Below are positions 47,732 to 62,521 of a DNA stretch of 64,000 nucleotides, in pieces. Numbering within the stretch: the first letter of the stretch is position 1; every line of letters starts with the position of its first letter. This DNA is from the human T2T-CHM13v2.0 reference genome, Homo sapiens. A program made the position numbers and the translations under genes. The notes below the pieces were generated by a model, which had not been told where the DNA came from, made no database searches, and saw only the letters and a list, made by a program, of their open reading frames with translations. The stretch is from assembly GCF_009914755.1 (NCBI RefSeq), contig NC_060944.1, one strand, 5' to 3'.

Positions 47732-47984
47732 TGCTGCATTCTTTAGATGCGTCACCTGGTACACCTTCCACTCACGTCCTGCACAGGTGGGCTCCACTTC
47801 ACAGATGAGGAGACAGAGGTGCCGAGGGGTTGTCACTTACTGAATGTTCCCATGGCAGTAGGTGGCAGGGCCGGATTCCTATCTCCGGGTCTCCTGCTTC
47901 TGGTGTAATCCCAGCGGCCCCTGCAGAGCCTGCCTCTGTTTTGAGGGCACCACTCATCACCTTGGCTTTAAAAAGTTGAAAAGT

Positions 47985-48305
<321 letters not shown>

Positions 48306-48889
48306 AATTCGAGAGGTTTGATTTCTGCTTCTGGTTTCAGAGGAAGGAAAATCACTTAGGCAATGGGCCCCTGGGGAACAGAATAGCTCCTAAATCCCGG
48401 GTGTGCTGTCCTCTGTGGGCTGAGTGTCTGTGCAGCAGGAAGAAGGGGCACCTCTGGGTTCTACCCCAGACTTGCTGCATGACCTTCAGCAACTGACTTG
48501 ATTTCTCTGAGTCTCTTTCCCTCATCTGTAGAATGGGGCACAGTAACAGCCTCCTTTGCAATGTGGATGACACAGAATGCCCCGGAAGGTGCGTTGACAC
48601 ATGGTCAGCGTCCCGTAGCAGCTGCCTGTTATCTCGCCAGCACTCTTGTGGCTAGCCCTTCAGAAACGAACCCAAAGAAGGCCTGCTTGCTTTTTCTCAC
48701 ACCATGGATGTCTGGGGTGTGAGGCAAGGCACATCTTTTTCCCATGGAGGGGATACAGCCCGCCATGCAGGAGATGGCCTGGGATGGAGGGTGGGTCTCC
48801 TGGGCCTGGAGCTCAGCCTCTGTCTGGTGATGTCAGGAATCTGCACTGTGGAGCAGAGGCACCCTGCAGTGTGCAAAGTACTGGTGTTT

Positions 48890-49268
48890 TCTTTTAAATT
48901 GAGGTAAAACTCACAAAACACAAAATTAACCATTTAAAAGTGTACAATTTAGTGGCATTTAAGTACCTTCACAAAGCTGTACAGTCATCACCTCTGCTTA
49001 GTTCCAGAACATTTTCATTGTCCCAAAAGGAAACCCTGGACTCATTAGCAGTCACTCCCCAGTTTCCTCTTCCCCCTAGCCCCTGGCAGCCGCTAATCTA
49101 CTTTCTGTCTCTATGGATTTATCTGTTCTGGATATTTCATATAATATGTGACTTTTCGTGTCTGGCTTCTTTCACTTGGCGTAATGTTTTTCGGGTTCAT
49201 CCACGCTGTAGCATGTGTCAGTACATTATTCCTTTTACATCTGGATCATGTTACATTGTGTGGATAGA
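48890..49268 (-). mobile_element. L1MB 3' end
   Basis: aaaattaaccatttaaaagtgtacaatttagtggcattt and ctaatctactttctgtctctatggattt. Confidence 0.85.
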
Positions 49269-49524
49269 CCCCCTGTCCCCCGCCAACCACACACACCCAG
49301 GCTGGAGTCACCCTAAGGTCCACCTCTGCAGTGATGGTTAAAGCGATGTCCCCAAAGGGCACTGTGGTCTTGGCTCCTTGATCTCACCAGCCATTCATGT
49401 CCAAACATCAGCCTGGTGCTGATGGGGACGAGGTGGGGAGTGATTCTGGGGGATGGGGATAGTTAAAGATCCACCAGGGACAGATGAGCTTCCTGTGTGG
49501 TCCAACTCAGGAGTCACCAGGGTC

Positions 49525-49735
49525 CATGGTTCAGATGCTGGGATCTGGAGCGAGACCATCTGGGCTCAAATCCTAGCTCTGTTGCCTATTGGGTGAACTT
49601 GGGCAAACCATTCAATCTCTCTGTGCCTCAGTTTTTCTTTTGGTTAAATAGAATAATAATACACTACCTACTTAAAAGGGTTGTACCAGAGCTAAATGAA
49701 GCCTTGCTTTAGCACAGTGCCTGGCACAGAGGAAT
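49525..49735 (+). mobile_element. MIR
   Basis: ctgggctcaaatcctagctctg...ctctgtgcctcagtttt...gcacagtgcctggcaca. Confidence 0.8.
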
Positions 49736-49771
49736 ATTTCCAAAATATGTTAGTTGTCCAAAATGTGTTAG

Positions 49772-50114
<343 letters not shown>

Positions 50115-50528
50115 TGATTCTTTGATTCTATCAGTTGGTGTTTCCCCCTAAAATTGCAGTCCTGTGAGTGTGCTGAGGCCGTGCCTGGGCACTATGCACC
50201 CTCATAGCATGGGTTGCCTTTTCTTACTGCTCCTCCCCTGGGCTGTTTTCCATCTATTTCAGGGCTTTCTTGTTACTGTGCATCACTGTGAGCTCCACAG
50301 AGCAAAGGCTCACTCTGGTTTGCTCAGCACAGTGTACACGCCGGGCACAGTCCCTCTGAACAACTGCATGCCCACACCACTCCTGCGTTTCACCTCAGGA
50401 CCCCATGGCCCACCCCTGTGAGCTAAGCTCATGCCTTTTTACTTTGAGATAATTATAGATTTACATGCAGTTAAAAAAAATACAGAGAGATCCCTTCTGT
50501 TCTACACCCAGTTTACCCAAATGGTAAG

Positions 50529-50786
50529 TTTTTTTTTTTTTTGGAGACAGGGTCTCACTCTGTCACCCAGGCTGGAGTGCAGTGGCGTGATCTCAGCTCA
50601 CTGCAATCTCTGTCTCCTGGGTTCAAGTGATTCTTCTGCCTCAGCCTCCTGAGTAGCTGGGATTACAGGCACATGCCACCTCGCCTGGCTAGTTTTTGTT
50701 TTTAGTACAGACGGGGTTTCACTATGTTGGTCAGGCTGGTCTTGAACTCCTGGCCTCAAGTGATCCTCCCGCCTCAGCCTCCCAAA
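50529..50786 (-). mobile_element. Alu, 5'-truncated
   Basis: TSD cccaaatggtaa, with cccaaa shared with the Alu truncation point. Confidence 0.9.
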
Positions 50787-51292
50787 TGGTAACATTTTGC
50801 AAAACTAATATATGTTATCACAACCAGTAAATTGACATTGATACGGTTCACCAATTCGACCCAGATTTTGCCAGTTTTATATGCATTCATTTGTGTGTGG
50901 ATGTGTGTGTTTGGCTCTGTGAAATCTTTGATGGCAGGAGCAGATTTGTGTGACCAGCACTGCAGTCAAGAGGCAGAATTATGAAATACTGGTTACATGA
51001 TAAAATTATAATATTTTGGACATATGGATTAGGTAAAATATATCATTAAAATATCACCTGTTTTTATTTTTTAAATGTTGTTAACAAAACATTTCAAATC
51101 ACATATGTGGCCTATGTTATATTTCTCTAGGACACTGCCATCAGTCCAAAAAGTTCCCCTGTGTCCCTTCCCAGTCAATCCCCTACGCTCTTCCAGGCAG
51201 CTATTGTTCTGATGGTTTTTTTCCCCACTAAAGGCTATTTTTTTCCTTTTTGTCTTTTTTTTGAGGTGATATGCACATAAAAAATTAGCCAT

Positions 51293-51599
51293 TTTATTTT
51301 TTTTTATTTATTTATTTTTGAGACAGTCTTGACGTGTCACCCAGGCTGAATGCGGGTGGCACGATCTTGGCTCACTGCAACCTCCACCTCCTGGGTTCAA
51401 GTGATTCTCGTGCCTCAGCCTCCCGAGTAGCTGGAATTACAGGCGTGCACCACCATGCCCAGCTAATTTTTGTATTTTTAGTAGAGATGGAATCTCACCA
51501 TGTTGGTCAAACTGGTCTCGAACTCCTGACCTCAGGTGATCCACCCACCTCAGCCTCCCAAAGTGTTGGGATTACAGGCGTGAGCCACCGCGCCTGGCC
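51293..51599 (-). mobile_element. AluS
   Basis: Antisense dimer. Confidence 0.92.
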
Positions 51600-52054
51600 T
51601 ATTTTTAACTTTTTGGAGAACTGCCAAACTGTTTTCCACAGTAGCTACGCACCATTTTATATCCTCACCAGCAGTGTACAAGGGTTCCAGTTTCTCCACA
51701 TGCTTATCAACACTTGTTATTGTCTGTTTTTAAAGAAATTATAGTCATTTTAGTGGGTGTGAAGTATATTGTTAGTTTGCTTTTTCTGGAAAGTCATGCA
51801 AGTGGAATCACATAGTATGGACCCTGTGTGAGCCTTCATTTGCTCAACTTATATGCGAAGATTTTTTAGATGTGTGGTTTGAGGGCCTGGAAAGTCATGT
51901 CCTGGCCTATGGAATATATTAAAGGGGAAGATAGGATTCCTTAAGGCAAAAGTGGCAGTTCATTAACCCCCTCCCCTGCAAATCCCTGCCCCACCCCCAT
52001 CCCGCTGCCACATAAAGATGGACCTGTCTGCCTGCCTTCACTGCAGAGCAAAAA

Positions 52055-52378
52055 TTTTATTTATTTATTTTTTTTTTTTTTTAAGACACGGTCTCTCTCT
52101 GTCGCCCAGGCTGGAACACAGTGACGTGATCCCAGCTCACTGCAACCTCCACCTCCTGGGTTCAAGCAATTCTCCTTCCTCAGCCTCCTGAGTAGCTGGG
52201 ATTACAGGTGCCCACCAACGTGCCTGACTAATTTTTGTATTTTTAGTAGAGATGGGGTCTCACCATGTTGGCCAGGCTGGTCTTGAATTCCTGACCTCAA
52301 GTGATTCACCTCAAGTGATCCACCCGCCTTGGCCTCCCAAAGTGCTGGGATTACAGGTGTGAGCAACCACGCCCGGCC
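52055..52378 (-). mobile_element. AluS with a small internal duplication (cctcaagtgat twice)
   Basis: TSD ctgcagagcaaaaattt. Confidence 0.92.
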
Positions 52379-52389
52379 TGCAGAGCAAA

Positions 52390-52780
52390 AATTTATTGAG
52401 CACCTGTGGTGTGCCAGGACTCATTTATAAGTAAATAGAAAAGGTCCCTGTCCTTGTAGGGTTTATAAACTATAGGGGGAAACTACAAGTCCACATACAC
52501 ATAACCTACCATTTAAAAGTCTGACTAAATGCTGTGAAGGAGTAAGCAAGGTGCTTTGATAGGGAACAGAGGGACAGTGTGTGTATAGGAAGGCCAGTCA
52601 GGTGGGTCCCTCTGAGGAGGTGACACTTAAGAGACCTGAAGGATGAGAACTGAGCCAGCCATGCAGAAGGATGGGGAGGCTGGGCTAGAGGAGAGTGTTC
52701 TAGGCAGAACAAAATAGCACAAGCAAGGGCCCTGGGGCAGTGAAAGCCTCTGGTGGTTCAGTGCAAAGTTAGGAAGGTGT
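52390..52780 (-). mobile_element. L2 3' fragment
   Basis: tttattgagcacctgtggtgtgccagg and ctctgaggaggtgacacttaagagacctgaaggatgag. Confidence 0.75.
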
Positions 52781-53056
52781 GAAACAGTGGGAAGGGAAGG
52801 GACAGGGATGCTCCTGCTGGCTGATGGCCCATACTGTAGGGGCCACAACTTTGTCTTAGCTGCAGGCAGGACCGGAGACATGAAGGGCCAGGCTCTGGGC
52901 CAATTTCCTTGCTGCGTTCTCAGCTCCAAGAGGCAGCTCGGCTGGGATATTGTGGCTCATTCTAGTGTCTTGCAGCCTCTCAAACTGGAGGGCTGGAGGG
53001 TTGGGGCGTGGTTAGTGGCAGCTGTGACGGAGACTATCAGGAAGCAGGCATGTAAT

Positions 53057-53134
53057 TCCTGCAGTGATTCACACCCAGTCCCCAGTTTACTGCAGTCCTG
53101 CAGTGATTCACACCTGGGCCCCAGTTTACCGCAG
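53057..53134. repeat. 39-bp tandem duplication, 2 copies
   Basis: tcctgcagtgattcacacccagtccccagtttactgcag followed by tcctgcagtgattcacacctgggccccagtttaccgcag. Confidence 0.9.
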
Positions 53135-53640
53135 CTGCACCTTTAAACAGGGCTCGGATGCCTGCATCTCCCTGACCCGTGTGTACCCTCATCATCCCAG
53201 GACCTCGGAGGTGTGGGTGAGGCAGCACATAGCTCAGCCTGGTGCCCTCCTCTCACTAGAGAGCTTGACCCTAAAGCCGCAAGCTCAAGCCCACGCCCTG
53301 GCCAACCTCCTGGAGCTTTGAGAACAAGGTGTCCTGTACACAGAGTCCTGGCCCCAGTACCTGAGCGCACATGAACCCCGTATGCAAGAAGAAAACTGAC
53401 CCCAGCCCCATGTTACATAAGAACATCTTTGGAATTTGGCTCCTTTTGAAATGAAATGGGAAACCTGCACTCAAACAAGCAGGTATGGGGAATTCAATAG
53501 GAGGCAAATGCCCTCAGGGTCACCTCTGGGCCAGTATGCATTCTGAGGATTGGTTTATTCATTCAGCAAACATTGTGGACACCTGCTTTGTGCCAAGCTT
53601 CATGGAGGGATACAAGAACAGATGTTCAATCAATGTCTGT

Positions 53641-53870
53641 GGGAAGAAGGAGAGAGAAGGGGGATGAAAGGGAAGGATTGAGAAGGAGGAGTGTAGGGAG
53701 GTAGAGAGTAAGGAAGAGAGGAACGAAGGGAGGGAGGGAGGGAGGGAAGGAAGGAGGGAGGGAAGGAAGGAAGGAGGGAGGCAAAGAAAGGGGAAGGGAG
53801 GGAGGGAGGGAAGGAAGGAGGGAGGGAGGGAAAGAAAGGGGAAGGAACAGAGGGAGGGACGGAGGGAAGA
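53641..53870 (+). repeat. Polypurine (GGGA/GGAA)n low-complexity tract
   Basis: Only four C and no T between 53710 and 53870. Confidence 0.95.
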
Positions 53871-53964
53871 TAAATGGGCAGAGATACCCTCACAGAGCTC
53901 ATCGTCATGTGACTGTGGGTGCAGGTGTGCCCATGGTAATGTAACTAAGTATTTACAATCTAGC

Positions 53965-54210
53965 TCAGCTCTGATCAATGGAAAAATAATGTAAGCCACA
54001 TATGTAATTTTAAATGTTCTAATAGTTCCAGTAAAGCAGGCAAGGAACAGGTGAAATTAATTTGAATAATTATTTAACTCAACATTATTTCAATATGTAT
54101 TTAGTATAAAAATATTAATGGGTATGTTACATATCTTTTTCACACTAAATCTTCAAGGTCACCCCTAGCACGTCTCAATCTGGATTATGCACATTTCAAG
54201 TGCTCCCCAG
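53965..54210. mobile_element. MER33-like MITE
   Basis: aatgtaagccacatatgtaattttaaatgttctaatag...gcacatttcaagtgctc. Confidence 0.7.
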
Positions 54211-54621
54211 CCCTGGACACCGTGGAGGGTGGCAGGCACTCTGACTGAGGTGCACAGAGCCTGCTGAGGGCACTTAAGTCAGAGTCAAGGAAGACTTCAC
54301 CGGGTGGTGCCTTCAGTCATTTAATCATTTGCTCACTTACTGTTCACCTAATGTTTATTGAATGCCTCCTGCACTGGGTGTGACGGCTGGGCAGAGACTC
54401 TGCTTGGAGGAAGGAGGGAAGGGCATTCCAGACTAGGGAAGCAGATTGCAAGCTCTGAGAGGGCAGACTGGCGTCTGTCTGGTTCACTGCTGTAGCCCTG
54501 CACCTGGTGCAGAGTTGGTGCCTGGCGAACATTTGCGGAGCGGGAAAGGAGGGAGAGAGGAGTTGGGCATTTCTAGAGCGCAGGAGGCAGAGAAGACTGG
54601 TTAGAGAGGAAGCTGGAGACA

Positions 54622-54810
54622 CCATTCTCAAACTTGACAGTGCACTGGAATCACTGGCAGGGTTTGTTAAAGCGTAGATTGTTAGACACCCCCCTCCTGC
54701 AGGGTTCCTGATCCAGCAGGGCTGGGGTAGGGCCACCGGATTTGCATTGCCAGCAAATTCCCAGGTGCTGCTGCTGCTGCTGGTCCAGGGATCACTGAGA
54801 ACCACTGGGC
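54622..54810. mobile_element. MER5A-like MITE
   Basis: ttctcaaacttgacagtgcactggaatcactgg...cactgagaaccactg. Confidence 0.8.
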
Positions 54811-54904
54811 TAGACCACGAACCCTGTGAAGGCAGAGAGGAGCCAGGAGAGGTTTCTGAGAAGGAGAGAGGGGAGCACTTAGGTTTGTGATTTAGAAAAC
54901 TGTG

Positions 54905-55139
54905 GGTGTGCGGCACGGTGGCGCATGCCCGTAGTCCCAGCTACTCGGTAGGCTGAAGCAGGAGGATCACTTGGGTCTGGGAGATCTGGGCTGTAGTGCG
55001 TTATGCTGATCGGGTGTCGGCACTAAGTTTGGCATTAATATGGTGACCTCCCGGGAGCGGAGGACCATCAGGGTGCCTAAGGAGGGATGAAGTGGCCCAG
55101 GTCGGAAACAGAGCAGGTCAAAACTCCCCTGCTGATCAG
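54905..55139 (+). pseudogene. RN7SL116P: 7SL (SRP RNA) retropseudogene, 3'-truncated and tailless
   Basis: Alu-domain 5' end followed by 7SL-specific S-domain sequence (ctgggctgtagtgcgttatgctgatcgggtgtc...ccaggtcggaaacagagcaggtcaaaactccc...gctgatcag). TSD agaaaactgtg at 54894-54904 and 55138-55148. The 7SL call is firm; the pseudogene number is from memory of the locus and is unverified. Confidence 0.9.
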
Positions 55140-55544
55140 AAAACTGTGCATGGCTGCTGAGGACAGGGGTTTCCACCTCCGTCCCACCTCTCCTGCCAGG
55201 GCAGTGGCACCCTTAGCTCAGGAGGGTGCGTCAGGACCCAGTTCCATCCTCACACGGTGGGGAAGCCTGGGCTGTGCTCCCAGAACAAGAAACAGACCTG
55301 GGTGATGAGTGACAAATGTGGACGGTTCTCTGCACTGTGGGTGGAAATAGAAACCCTTAGTCAGCTGTGGGGTTCAGCAAAGAATTTCCCTGGTTAACGG
55401 AAACTTGACTGGCTGTGGGTGAGGGGGAGGTTGGGTTCTGAGACGTCTGGGAGGCCTGGGCTCTTCGGTTCTCGTGGTGCCCAGCTCAGCGTGATGCCTT
55501 CAGGTTTGAGACCACTTCCTCCTGTTGAGCCTCTTCTCTGGGGG

Positions 55545-56320
<776 letters not shown>

Positions 56321-56519
56321 GCCCAAACTGCCCTTTGGCCTTATCTTGTAGTCAGTCCACAGATCTCCAAAGATAACTGTATCTGGTGCTGCTATTTGTT
56401 GTCTTGGAGCTTGAAGACTGGGCCCTACATTCCTGAGGGGTGCCTGCTGGAGCCAGGAGGTGGGGTAGGGGAGAGCCAGCTAGTAGCTAAACACTTTACT
56501 CATTCCAGACACTATGGTC

Positions 56520-57135
56520 AGCACTTTATAATCTAATTCTCAGACAACCTTATGAGATTATAGTCCCCATTCTACAGATGGGGAAACTGAGGCTCAGATA
56601 GAGGAGATGACACATCTGAGATCAAACCACTGGGAAATGGTGGGGTCTGAATTCTGAACCACTACACGTGTGTCTTCATACCAGGTGCAATGCTTAGGTA
56701 GACTGCATATTCCCCAACAGTGTGCTTTGATGGCTTCTCTCCAGGGTGGAAGTGGTTGGAGCAAAGGTCAGACTGGCCCTTTCATCCCTTGGGCTCAGAG
56801 CCTGGCACTAGGCATGCTGGCAGAAGAGGAAACAGGAAGGCTTTGGGCTGCATGCAGATCCCCAACTCTTAAAACCTGGGATCAAGTTTGGCTCTCTCAT
56901 ACATTCTCATGGTGGAGCAAGCATGGGTCAAGTGTGGGGGTATTGGAGCCTCTTACCAGCTGAGTAGATTGGGGCAAGTTAATTAAACTCACTGTGCCTC
57001 AGTATCCCCAACTGTAAAATAGGAGCTCATTAGAGCCTGCCTCACATTTGCCTTGGGCTGTTGTAAGCATTAAATGAGATCATTTCCTACACATGCTAGA
57101 CTCAGGGCTGGGCAACAGCAAGTGCTCAGTAAACA
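56520..57135. mobile_element. Two MIR fragments (about 56520-56660 on -, about 56950-57135 on +)
   Basis: cccattctacagatggggaaactgaggctcaga and gggcaagttaattaaactcactgtgcctcag cores. Confidence 0.7.
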
Positions 57136-58108
57136 TGAGCTCTTCTTATCGCAGGCTTGTTAGATGCTGATATGCATCTGCTGTCTGTTCCCACATCTGG
57201 CTGAGCTGTGAGGATACGAGGGTTGAAGACCATGGCATTTTTGTCTATTGCTGGGAGCATCAGCAAATGATCCATCCTGCAGGTCCGAGAGCTCAGGACA
57301 TTTTCAGCAAATGGCTCCCAAGTCCCATACATCACTCTACCTACATCCTGTCCTGGTCCTCTCTGAGCCAGGAACAGAGGGTTCCAGAAGCCCTGGAAAA
57401 CTTGCAGCTTGCTCCCCTCCGGGCCCAGCCAGCTACTCTCTAGCTGTTCCTGTCTGATAAGAGAGTGGATTTTTCCATTTCCTGCAGCAGAAATGCTCCT
57501 GTTTCCTCTCTGCCCACCCAGCTGCCCTGGTTTCTGCTGCTGCACGGGCAGAAGATGGGTATCTGGAAGTCACAGGAGATTGTGCAGCATGCAGGGAGAG
57601 TAGCAGGACAGGGCCCCCCAGGCAGGTGGGGCTGCAAGGCAGTCAGCATACCTTGCAGGAGCCAGACTTCTCTGTTTTGTTTTGACATGGGAACCGAGTC
57701 TGTATCAGAAATGACAAAATCAAACACCCGCAAACAAAACCCCCCAGCGAAGCAAACAGGAAGCAGGGTCTGGATAAAAATACCATCCTTTTTGCAGCTG
57801 CAGCCTCCACCATGCAGGTTTCAGAAGGTCACGCTCTTGACAGGAAATGTGGCTGCTTTCAGAGGGGAGAGGTGGCTGAGTTGGGGCCGGGGGTAGAGAC
57901 AGTGGGGACAGCCAGAAGCAACAGCAGGCTCTCGGGGGAGGTTCGTGCACCTTTCACTTCTTGACAGGTGAAGGAACTGGGCCCGATCTGTCTGTTCCCT
58001 TCCTGGCCACGATCCCAGGGTTCACCTTGGACTTATATTTGTTTCTTCCTCTCCTACCAGGGACCAGGAGACTTTTATTGTGAGGGTGAAATGAGACTGT
58101 GGTTTTGA

Positions 58109-58429
<321 letters not shown>

Positions 58430-58449
58430 TAGCTGAAAAGCATTACCCT

Positions 58450-58769
58450 GAGGATCAGCAAAGTTTTTCTGCAAAGGGCTAGATAAGAAATATTTTCGGC
58501 TGTGTGGCCATATGGTCTCTGTCTAACTCCTCAGCTGTGCTGCTGGAGCCTCAAAACAGCCATAGGCAATGCATAACAAGGGAGCGTGTGTTCCAATTAG
58601 TTTTTGGACACTGATATGCCACTTTCATGTAATGTTCATGTATTGCCAAATATTACTCTTCTTTGATTTTTTTCAACCATTAAAAAAAAAAATAGAAGCC
58701 ATTCTCAGCTTGCAAGCAGTATAAAATTAAGCCAGATTTGGTTTGTAGACCACAGTGTGCCAACCCCTG
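58450..58769. mobile_element. MER58B-like MITE
   Basis: cagcaaagtttttctgcaaagggctagataagaaatattttcggc...gccaacccctg. Confidence 0.8.
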
Positions 58770-59454
58770 CACTCTCCAAACAAAATGGTTTGTATTATTG
58801 TTGCTATTTAACTTCCTACTCAATACAGGAATCCCAGCTTTAGCACTTCCTTCATGGGGTCAGCCAGGTTGAGACTTTGTTTCTGCACTAGCTACTTTGA
58901 GCAGAAATAGAGTTCTTACCACTTGGCTATCATTCTGCGGAAGGTTTTTGTTTTTTAGTGAAATTGAGAAGTTCTGATTATAAAGGTAGTACATATGGAT
59001 TTTAAAATGCTTGGGAAATACTGGCAAACACAAAATAAAAATCCCTGATAAATCATAGCTACTGTATTTTTTTTCCAATGAAAAGTGTGTGGATGTATGG
59101 AAAGCATTTTTTTCCTTTCCAGTTGAGATTCCATTGAATGTAAAGTTTTGACTCTTTGTTTTTCCATTCTATGTTATATATCAAGCATTTTCCCATGTCA
59201 TTAGAAATTCCTCAAAGATACCAGCTGCAGAATATTCCATTATATGGATGTTTCATAATTTACCAAATCAACCTCCAATTGTTTAGGCATTTGGGTTGCT
59301 TCCAGGATTTCTCACTTATAAACAATATGCATATAAACAATGCTGCTGTGAACATCCTTGTTCGTAAATCTTTGTCTGCCCTCTGATCTTTTCTTTAGGG
59401 AGAATGTGTGCTGAAAATTCCTAGGAAAACTGTGCTTCTGACTTATATACTAAC

Positions 59455-59753
<299 letters not shown>

Positions 59754-60684
59754 TATACTAACCATTTTTGCTTTACTGAATTTGACTTTGCTGATTATGC
59801 AGTTCATAAGGTTTCCTCACTGATAATGACTTCATTCTCCCCTCCTGCACCGCTAGCCCCAGGCGACCACTGATCTGCTTTCTGTTTATAATTTCATTTT
59901 GAAGTATCTCATTTTTGATCAGCCTAAAGTTGATTACCTCCTTATTTGCTCAGAATTCCATTCTTCATAATAGTAATGCTGCCACCTCCACTTTCTTTGT
60001 GTTTGTGTTTGCCTGTTTTATATTTGAACATTCCTTTAATTTTAGTCTCCGTTATTTTGTTTGGAATATATCTCTTGTAAGCAGCACACAGTTGTTTTTT
60101 TTTTTTTTTTTTTTTTGGCAACCAAATCATTGCTGCTTTATGGGAAGGATAAATGATTCAATTTACTCATCTGGTACATGTTTGGATGTCGGTCATCTTG
60201 CTTCGTGATTTGTGGCATTTATTTCTTTTATTATTTCTTTCATTTTGTGACTTTAATGAATACTGTGTTGATTTGCATTTATCTTTTCCATCGATAATAT
60301 GGAAGATACAAGTAGTGACTTCAATTTCTTATGTGGTTACCTTTAAAATTTTCAGAAATCTTGTTTTATTTCCCCAGGCAGACACTTGTTCATGTCCTAT
60401 GTAATACAGGGCTGAGGCAGAGTAGCATCTTTAGGAAAGACCAAAATTGAAAGCCAAGGCAGAGACAGGGGAGGTAGTTTTGGGACAGCAGAACAGGACC
60501 AGGGAAATCAGAGGGAAGCTTCAGAGTGGACAGGTGTGAGCTGAAGGAACTTCCCCCTTCATACACAGCTTGTTGCCTTTTCCTAAACATTGATAGGAAT
60601 GGATTTTATTCTTGGCTATATTTGAGTGAGGGTCCCTTGTAATTAGTCATGCCTGAAATACCAGTTATGTATGGAATCAACCAG

Positions 60685-60885
60685 ACTAGAATTTGAGTCT
60701 CAGTGCTTACTAGCTAAATAATCTTGGGAAAATCATATAAGTTATCTGTCAAATGGTCTAATAATAGCACCTAAGTCATGTGGTTGTTGTGGGGATTGAG
60801 GCATCCCAGGGATCTGGGATAATACATGTAACATCCTGGTACAGTGCCTTATACTTGGAAAATAGTCAATGAATGTTAGATGCTA
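60685..60885 (+). mobile_element. MIR
   Basis: cttactagctaaataatcttgggaaaatca...ctaataatagcacct...ggtacagtgcct. Confidence 0.65.
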
Positions 60886-62521
60886 TTATGATGGCTGTGA
60901 AGCTATTACAGTGTTTATATGCATGTATCTCCTACCTGCAGGGCTGGAAATATTTTTATCTATTACTTGCCTGGAGATATAAAGTAATTGGACTATTTTT
61001 AAAAATTCAGGATTGATAGCTGGAAGGAGAAGTGAGGTGAGAGATGGGTTTTAGAGAGCAAGAGCGAGTCAGAAAGAGGCATTCAGGGCATCTGGGGAGA
61101 GGGGAATTGGGATAAGAGCAGATACCTTGGAGAGCTCCCGGACGGCCAGTGCGTGTTTAGGCGGGCCAGGCTCTGCGGAGCGGAAGGGAGATCAGGTCCC
61201 TAGGTCTGCAGTGAAGCTGTAAGGAGAGGTGCTGGGAGAATTCTGGAGGTAGAATCAGTAAAGAACAGGGGCCTGGTGCAGCGGGGGTCTGATGTATTTA
61301 TGAATAGAATGAGGAAGTTCCAAGTTCGTGTTTCTGGATAAGGGGGACCCTTGCCTTCAGTCTCTGAGATTAAGTACAGTGAGGGGTAAGAGAAGGGGAA
61401 GGAAGGGAGAAGAAGAGAGAGGGAAGGGTCCAAGGCACACAGTCTTTGCAGCTTTGGTGGAGAAATCTTACAGGCCCATATCATCTTCACGGTAGCTGAG
61501 TTAAATGCAGTTCTCCCTCCCTTTGAGGAAATCGAATACACAAATGTCCCCTCACACATTAGGAAGTGATTCCCCACCTCACCCCAACCTCCATGTGTCA
61601 GAAAGACTATACATATTGAAAAAGATTAACTGCAGGCCTACTTTGTACATCAGTTTTCTGGGTATCTTTAGTTTTTTATTCTTAGAATTTAAAAAAATAT
61701 TTTTAATTTGTTCATTCAGTCAACAAATATTTGTTGAGTGCTTTCTCTAGGAGCTGCATGCCCCACATAAGAAGACAGACACGAGTTGCCCGCATAGAGC
61801 TTATATCCTAAAGGGTGTGCTGTCACTTTTCCTGCATACACCCAATGCCAGATGTAAGTTACATGTGCAGAGGCATCTGGGTAGCTGATGTGAATCTCTG
61901 TCAACCCCTTCTGTCTAGCAGAGACATATGTCCTGGGCACAGAGGTTCTAGAAGGGAGCAGGTTTATAGCTACGTGTCTGGGGTCCCCTTGGCCATCTTG
62001 TCCTGGTGATGCTAAGGGTGTCAGAGATGCTAGGAGAGGAACTGGCCTCTTTGTTCAAGCCAAAGGGTGAAGATTCTCTCTGACAAGGAAAAGTCTGTGG
62101 CCCAGCCTGGGAATGCTCTTGTCCAAAGGAAGAAGCATAGAGTAGCTCAAGAACAGATGTTCTGGCTGGTTCTGAGGCTTGGGTAGAGGCCAGGTAAGCT
62201 CCATTCACTTCTGCGGTCATCAGAAATTGACTGGGGGCCTGAACTACATCACAGGAGCAGCACGGTAGCCAAAAGATGGTCCTACTCACCCTATCCCTCC
62301 AGAACTTTAGTGTCGTAAAGACACAGACAAATCCATACATAACTATAAAATAGTGTTAAGTCTTTTTGGAGTTTGGGAGGCACAGCAGTCATATGAGAAG
62401 GGTGCCTGGCCCAGCCTGGGAGACCTGCAAGAGGCTTTGCAGAATAAATGACATTGAAGCTGGGACTTGGAATCTAAGTAAGAATTAACCAGGTGAAGTG
62501 AAGACAGAGAAAGACAGGCAG

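Larger units (their letters stand above)
50435..51880 (-). mobile_element. Fragmented L1M region with embedded Alus and a MER33-like piece
   Basis: tttgagataattatagatttacatgcagtt, aaattgacattgatac and ctgccaaactgttttccac motifs. Confidence 0.65.

Noticed and set aside
47852-47870. CTCF-like tggcagtaggtggcag, and aggtggcgctg near 63750
   Set aside because: Both mismatch conserved core positions and the first lies in a MIR-like fragment; not supportable without ChIP data.
51967-52003. C-run cluster (minus-strand G4 or i-motif)
   Set aside because: The motif is real but common, and there is no supporting context.
54344-54916. 190-aa minus-strand ORF
   Set aside because: Spans MER5A and L2-like fragments; low-complexity, no domain.
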